Origin: Leptospiraceae bacterium
Lineage (GTDB): Bacteria > Spirochaetota > Leptospiria > Leptospirales > Leptonemataceae
Assembly: GCA_040217195.1 (NCBI GenBank)
Contig: JAVJNR010000008.1
Coordinates: 320,001-384,000, forward strand
Length of the DNA: 64,000 nucleotides
Reading direction: 5' to 3'
Part shown: positions 60,900 through 64,000 of the stretch, one piece after another
How the letters are laid out: every line of letters begins with the position of its first letter
Position numbering within the stretch: position 1 is the first letter of the stretch
Program-made: the position numbers and the translations under genes
Notes under the pieces: model-generated
Database searches by the model: none
What the model was told of the DNA's origin: nothing
The model's input: only the letters and a program-made list of their open reading frames with translations

Positions 60900-61472
60900 A
60901 TGAGTACTGAAGAAACAAACAAAGAGAATCAGACCGCAGAGGGGACTGAAGAAGCCCAGCAGGCTGCTCCTGCTGAAATGGTACAAATCACCCTGAATGG
61001 TGGAAAGGCAACCCTCGCAAAAGGTGATCATATTGCATTCAAGGAATGGCCCTCATTCAACGTAGGCGATACTGTAAAGGTGCACTACAGAATTACAGAG
61101 GGTGACAAGGAAAGAATCCAGGTCTACGAAGGCGCGGTAATCAGCATTCGTGGAGAAGGGCTTTCCCGAACCTTCATGGTTCGGCGGGTTTCTCATGATG
61201 TAGGTGTGGAAAGAATCTTCCCCTATCACTCTCCCAGCATAGCCAAGATTGAAGTAAGTCGTCGCGGTAAAGTAAGAAGAGCCAAGCTTTTCTATCTACG
61301 TCAGAGATCAGGTAAGTCCGCTCGAATCAAAGAAGCTTTCAATGCCACAGCCATGGCTGCTGCCAAAGCCAAGAAATCTGGCGGTAAGAAAAAGAAAGCA
61401 ACCAAGAAGAAAGAAGAAACCGCTGCACCAGCACCAGCTGAAGCTGCACCGGCGGCCTCCGAAAGCGAATAA
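60900..61472 (+). CDS. rplS: 50S ribosomal protein L19 with N- and C-terminal extensions
   Basis: [28 protein letters not shown] and [19 protein letters not shown]. Confidence 0.96.
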   Translation: MSTEETNKENQTAEGTEEAQQAAPAEMVQITLNGGKATLAKGDHIAFKEWPSFNVGDTVKVHYRITEGDKERIQVYEGAVISIRGEGLSRTFMVRRVSHDVGVERIFPYHSPSIAKIEVSRRGKVRRAKLFYLRQRSGKSARIKEAFNATAMAAAKAKKSGGKKKKATKKKEETAAPAPAEAAPAASESE

Positions 61473-61572
61473 TCCAGGTGGGGAGAGATCCCCATCTCAT
61501 CCTTCGCTTCTTTAACTGCACGGATCCAGAGCGTCGCACATTTGTGGGCGCTTTTTAGCGTTTCCCAGGTTT

Positions 61573-62208
61573 ATGAAACCAATTGAATTTGAGCCCCGAG
61601 AAAGGGCCTTTTTCGGTCCAGTAATCGGTCTGGACGAGGCGGGCCGAGGCTGTCTGGCAGGTCCAGTTTCCATCGGTTATACTGTTTTTTCCCCGGAATT
61701 CTTTCATTCCAGTCCGCCACCAGACCTTGCCCTGGTCCGGGATTCCAAAAGACTGTCCCGAAATAGAAGAGAAGTCCTGGTAGAGCCAATTCGAAAAGCC
61801 AGCCTGGCCTGCGGTGCTGTAATGGCATCATCCAGAAAGATCGACTCTGTGGGAATTAACCCTGCCATTGAAGATTGCATGATTCAGTCGGTAATACGTG
61901 CAATGCGAATTGTGAAACCGGCGGCTGTTCTGGTGGACGGGAACTACGCATTGAAACGCCTGAGAAATGAGTTCCCGGACTTGGCTGTTCATTGCATTGT
62001 GGGTGGCGACAATCTAGTCTTTTCCATTGCAGCGGCCTCCATTCTGGCCAAAGTACTTCGGGATCGGCGCATGGAGCGATTCGATCGATATTATCCTGGC
62101 TATGATTTCTCCCAGCATGCCGGGTATGGAACCGCAATCCATCGAAGTAAAATCCATGAACTTGGGCTCAGCGCTGTGCATCGAAAATCTTACAGACTTA
62201 AAAGCTAA
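61573..62208 (+). CDS. rnhB: Ribonuclease HII
   Basis: GLDEAGRGCLAGPV, DSK, LVDGN, SIAAASILAKV and HRKSY motifs. Confidence 0.96.
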   Translation: MKPIEFEPRERAFFGPVIGLDEAGRGCLAGPVSIGYTVFSPEFFHSSPPPDLALVRDSKRLSRNRREVLVEPIRKASLACGAVMASSRKIDSVGINPAIEDCMIQSVIRAMRIVKPAAVLVDGNYALKRLRNEFPDLAVHCIVGGDNLVFSIAAASILAKVLRDRRMERFDRYYPGYDFSQHAGYGTAIHRSKIHELGLSAVHRKSYRLKS

Positions 62209-62340
62209 TTCCGTTATTATTTAAAGCGAAGCCAGGTAAGGATGCATCGAATCATTCCGGCAGACCTCAGAAATCTCAGAATGTCCGGCCAGAACTGTAT
62301 GCTATAGAAATTCAGAAATGCCCCGGCCGCGAAGACAAGA

Positions 62341-63114
62341 ATGAAAGTTGAACTAAGCAATTTACCAGCCAGGCTACGTTTGCCCCTGATGGACATGCTC
62401 AAGTCCCTGGTTGGGCGAGAAATGCAGGGAAGAACCCTGGACTCTGGAATACCGGGTCAGGTAGTCCGCATGCAACTGGGCGGGCAAACCATTCGAGCAC
62501 TTCTTCAGGGCAGGGGAGTTCAGGAAGGACAGACACTTAACTTTCGAGTGGAGCAAAAGGATGGGCAGTTCTTTTTAAAACTTCTGGGAAAGGGGGAATT
62601 GGATCCTGCCGCTGAATCCAATTCAGCGCTCCGAGATTTTGTGATGAAGCTTGGAACCGAGCGACTTCAATTCTTTCAGAGTCTGGATGCACTAATGAAG
62701 TACTGGAAGCAAAAAAATCAAAGCCGACCCGGCCAGGACAGGGATGTGCAGACCGAGTCGGGACCCACAAAAGAAGGCACCCAGGGTACACAAAGCCAAT
62801 CTGCGGTTGTAGCGTCTGCAACCGGGGACTCCGAATCTGAGGAATGGACGGCACTGGCCTCTGTGGATGGGCCAGCTTTCTGGGCCATGACAGCTTCCCT
62901 GCCAGATCATCCTACAGCACTGTTTGTCTTCTACGCTGACACGGCGGAATATCTATCTGTTCGATTGTTGGTGGTACAACCGGATGATGATGCCCGAGCC
63001 GACCTGCAGAACCTGGTCGATCAGTATTCGGATCCTTCCATTCAAGATATTACTTTGCTGTCCAGATTTCCGGATCCTTCCTTCTTTCAGACAGGTCAAC
63101 TATGGGAGGCTTAG
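62341..63114 (+). CDS. Hypothetical protein (possibly remotely FliK-related)
   Basis: 257-aa ORF in operon orientation upstream of the FlhB-like gene; no motif firmly recognised. Confidence 0.55.
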   Translation: MKVELSNLPARLRLPLMDMLKSLVGREMQGRTLDSGIPGQVVRMQLGGQTIRALLQGRGVQEGQTLNFRVEQKDGQFFLKLLGKGELDPAAESNSALRDFVMKLGTERLQFFQSLDALMKYWKQKNQSRPGQDRDVQTESGPTKEGTQGTQSQSAVVASATGDSESEEWTALASVDGPAFWAMTASLPDHPTALFVFYADTAEYLSVRLLVVQPDDDARADLQNLVDQYSDPSIQDITLLSRFPDPSFFQTGQLWEA

Positions 63115-63267
63115 ACAGTGCAGCCAGGTATATTGCAACCAACATCTGCATCAGCAGATATACCAGTACCGGGCATCTCTGGCATCTAAAAACTTTGTAG
63201 CAATGAATCAGAATTGGTATAGCCTTAACGCCAGGGATTCGTAGGCTATAAACTTCAGGGTAACACC

Positions 63268-63534
63268 ATCGAACACGAAATCAAATACACGGCCGCCGCA
63301 CTATCATTTGATGAAGCCAACGACCTGGCACCCCGGCTCAGGGCCCGGGGAGACGGTGAGCTGGCTCATAAGATGGTACAGGTAGCCAGGGATCATGGTA
63401 TAACGGTAGTTCAGGATCCAGGCCTTGCTGGTTTCTTACAGGGCGTCGGAGTTGGCCAGGAGATACCCGAAAATCTGTACGTGGCAGTCTCCAAAATCTT
63501 TGCCTACCTATACAGTCAAAAGGGGAATAAATAG
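63268..63534 (+). CDS. Small FlhB C-terminal-like / EscU-YscU family protein, missed by the ORF track, putative ATC start
   Basis: Manual translation: (I)EHEIKYTAAALSFDEANDLAPRLRARGDGELAHKMVQVARDHGITVVQDPGLAGFLQGVGVGQEIPENLYVAVSKIFAYLYSQKGNK*. Confidence 0.85.
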   Translation: MEHEIKYTAAALSFDEANDLAPRLRARGDGELAHKMVQVARDHGITVVQDPGLAGFLQGVGVGQEIPENLYVAVSKIFAYLYSQKGNK

Positions 63535-63692
63535 GCAGTAATTCAATAGTCCGATTACATTTACGGTAGCACTGTAACCGAAACATTGAAATAAAAGACG
63601 CAATCAGGACAGTACTGGGTTGCGATTCTATTGGAATATTGAGAAAAGGTCCCAACCACTGAGGTCTTTCCTGGAGATATCAGCTATCTTTT

Positions 63693-64000
63693 ATGCGCAA
63701 ACTTAAAGTAGTACAATTAAAACCCGGAATGGTCTTTGACGCACCGGTCTATATTGATCCGAACAATATACTCGTTCAGGCCAAGCAGGAATTGTCTCAA
63801 AAAGATATCGATCGTCTTAAGAAATGGGGCATTGAAGAAGTAGAAACCTCTGGTCAGCTCATAACGGCACCTGAATCTAAAGCCAGCACTTTCGATGCTC
63901 CGGAAGAGCCCACTCCAGTCTCGGCAAGCTTCTCCGCCGAGGCATTGCGTCTTCATAGTGAATATGAACAATTGCGCAAGAACAGAAATCAATTCCGCAA
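63693..64000 (+). CDS. N-terminus of a probable HD-GYP domain protein, truncated by the window end
   Basis: MRKLKVVQLKPGMVFDAPVYIDPNNILV...DIDRLKKWGIEEVET resembles the N-terminus of spirochaete HD-GYP proteins. The frame is open to the window end and the catalytic domain is not visible. Confidence 0.6.
   Translation, partial: MRKLKVVQLKPGMVFDAPVYIDPNNILVQAKQELSQKDIDRLKKWGIEEVETSGQLITAPESKASTFDAPEEPTPVSASFSAEALRLHSEYEQLRKNRNQFR

Noticed and set aside
1..64000. CRISPR arrays, tRNA/rRNA, IS elements, prophage or defence systems, and the many short overlapping ORFs in the track
   Set aside because: I saw no regularly spaced repeats, RNA gene signatures, or transposase, integrase or nuclease motifs. 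The short ORFs are shadows of well-supported genes.

Overview
Gene-dense, mostly core chromosomal region of a bacterium, most likely a spirochaete of the family Leptospiraceae. This is inferred from protein style and from the gene order hldA-hldC-pyrG-kdsA-lptC-lptA-lptB-rpoN-hpf-hprK-ptsH-ntrY/ntrX-like-priA-fmt-PASTA-rpe-rpsP-khpA-rimM-trmD-rplS-rnhB-FlhB-like-HD-GYP. About 59 CDS are supported, two of them absent from the ORF track: an FlhB-C/EscU-like gene with no canonical start codon, and a truncated HD-GYP-like gene. I found no rRNA, tRNA, CRISPR array, transposase, integrase or phage genes, and no obvious new multi-gene defence or mobile system. The best leads are: (1) a full-length but divergent DnaA paralogue away from dnaN, with a phased GTGGA array upstream; (2) basic C-terminal tails on three FAD oxidoreductases, two ending in the same GRKR; (3) a four-gene lipid/sterol oxidation block with a clear TetR-type operator between hldC and pyrG; (4) a signal peptidase I with its catalytic Lys replaced by Arg, whose 3' end overlaps a convergent gene so that both proteins end in QGLINP; (5) a hairpin-rich, ORF-free 355 bp interval that may be an ncRNA; (6) a recurring leaderless promoter layout with a 16-bp spacer. 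All functional calls come from motif recognition by eye, not from database searches.
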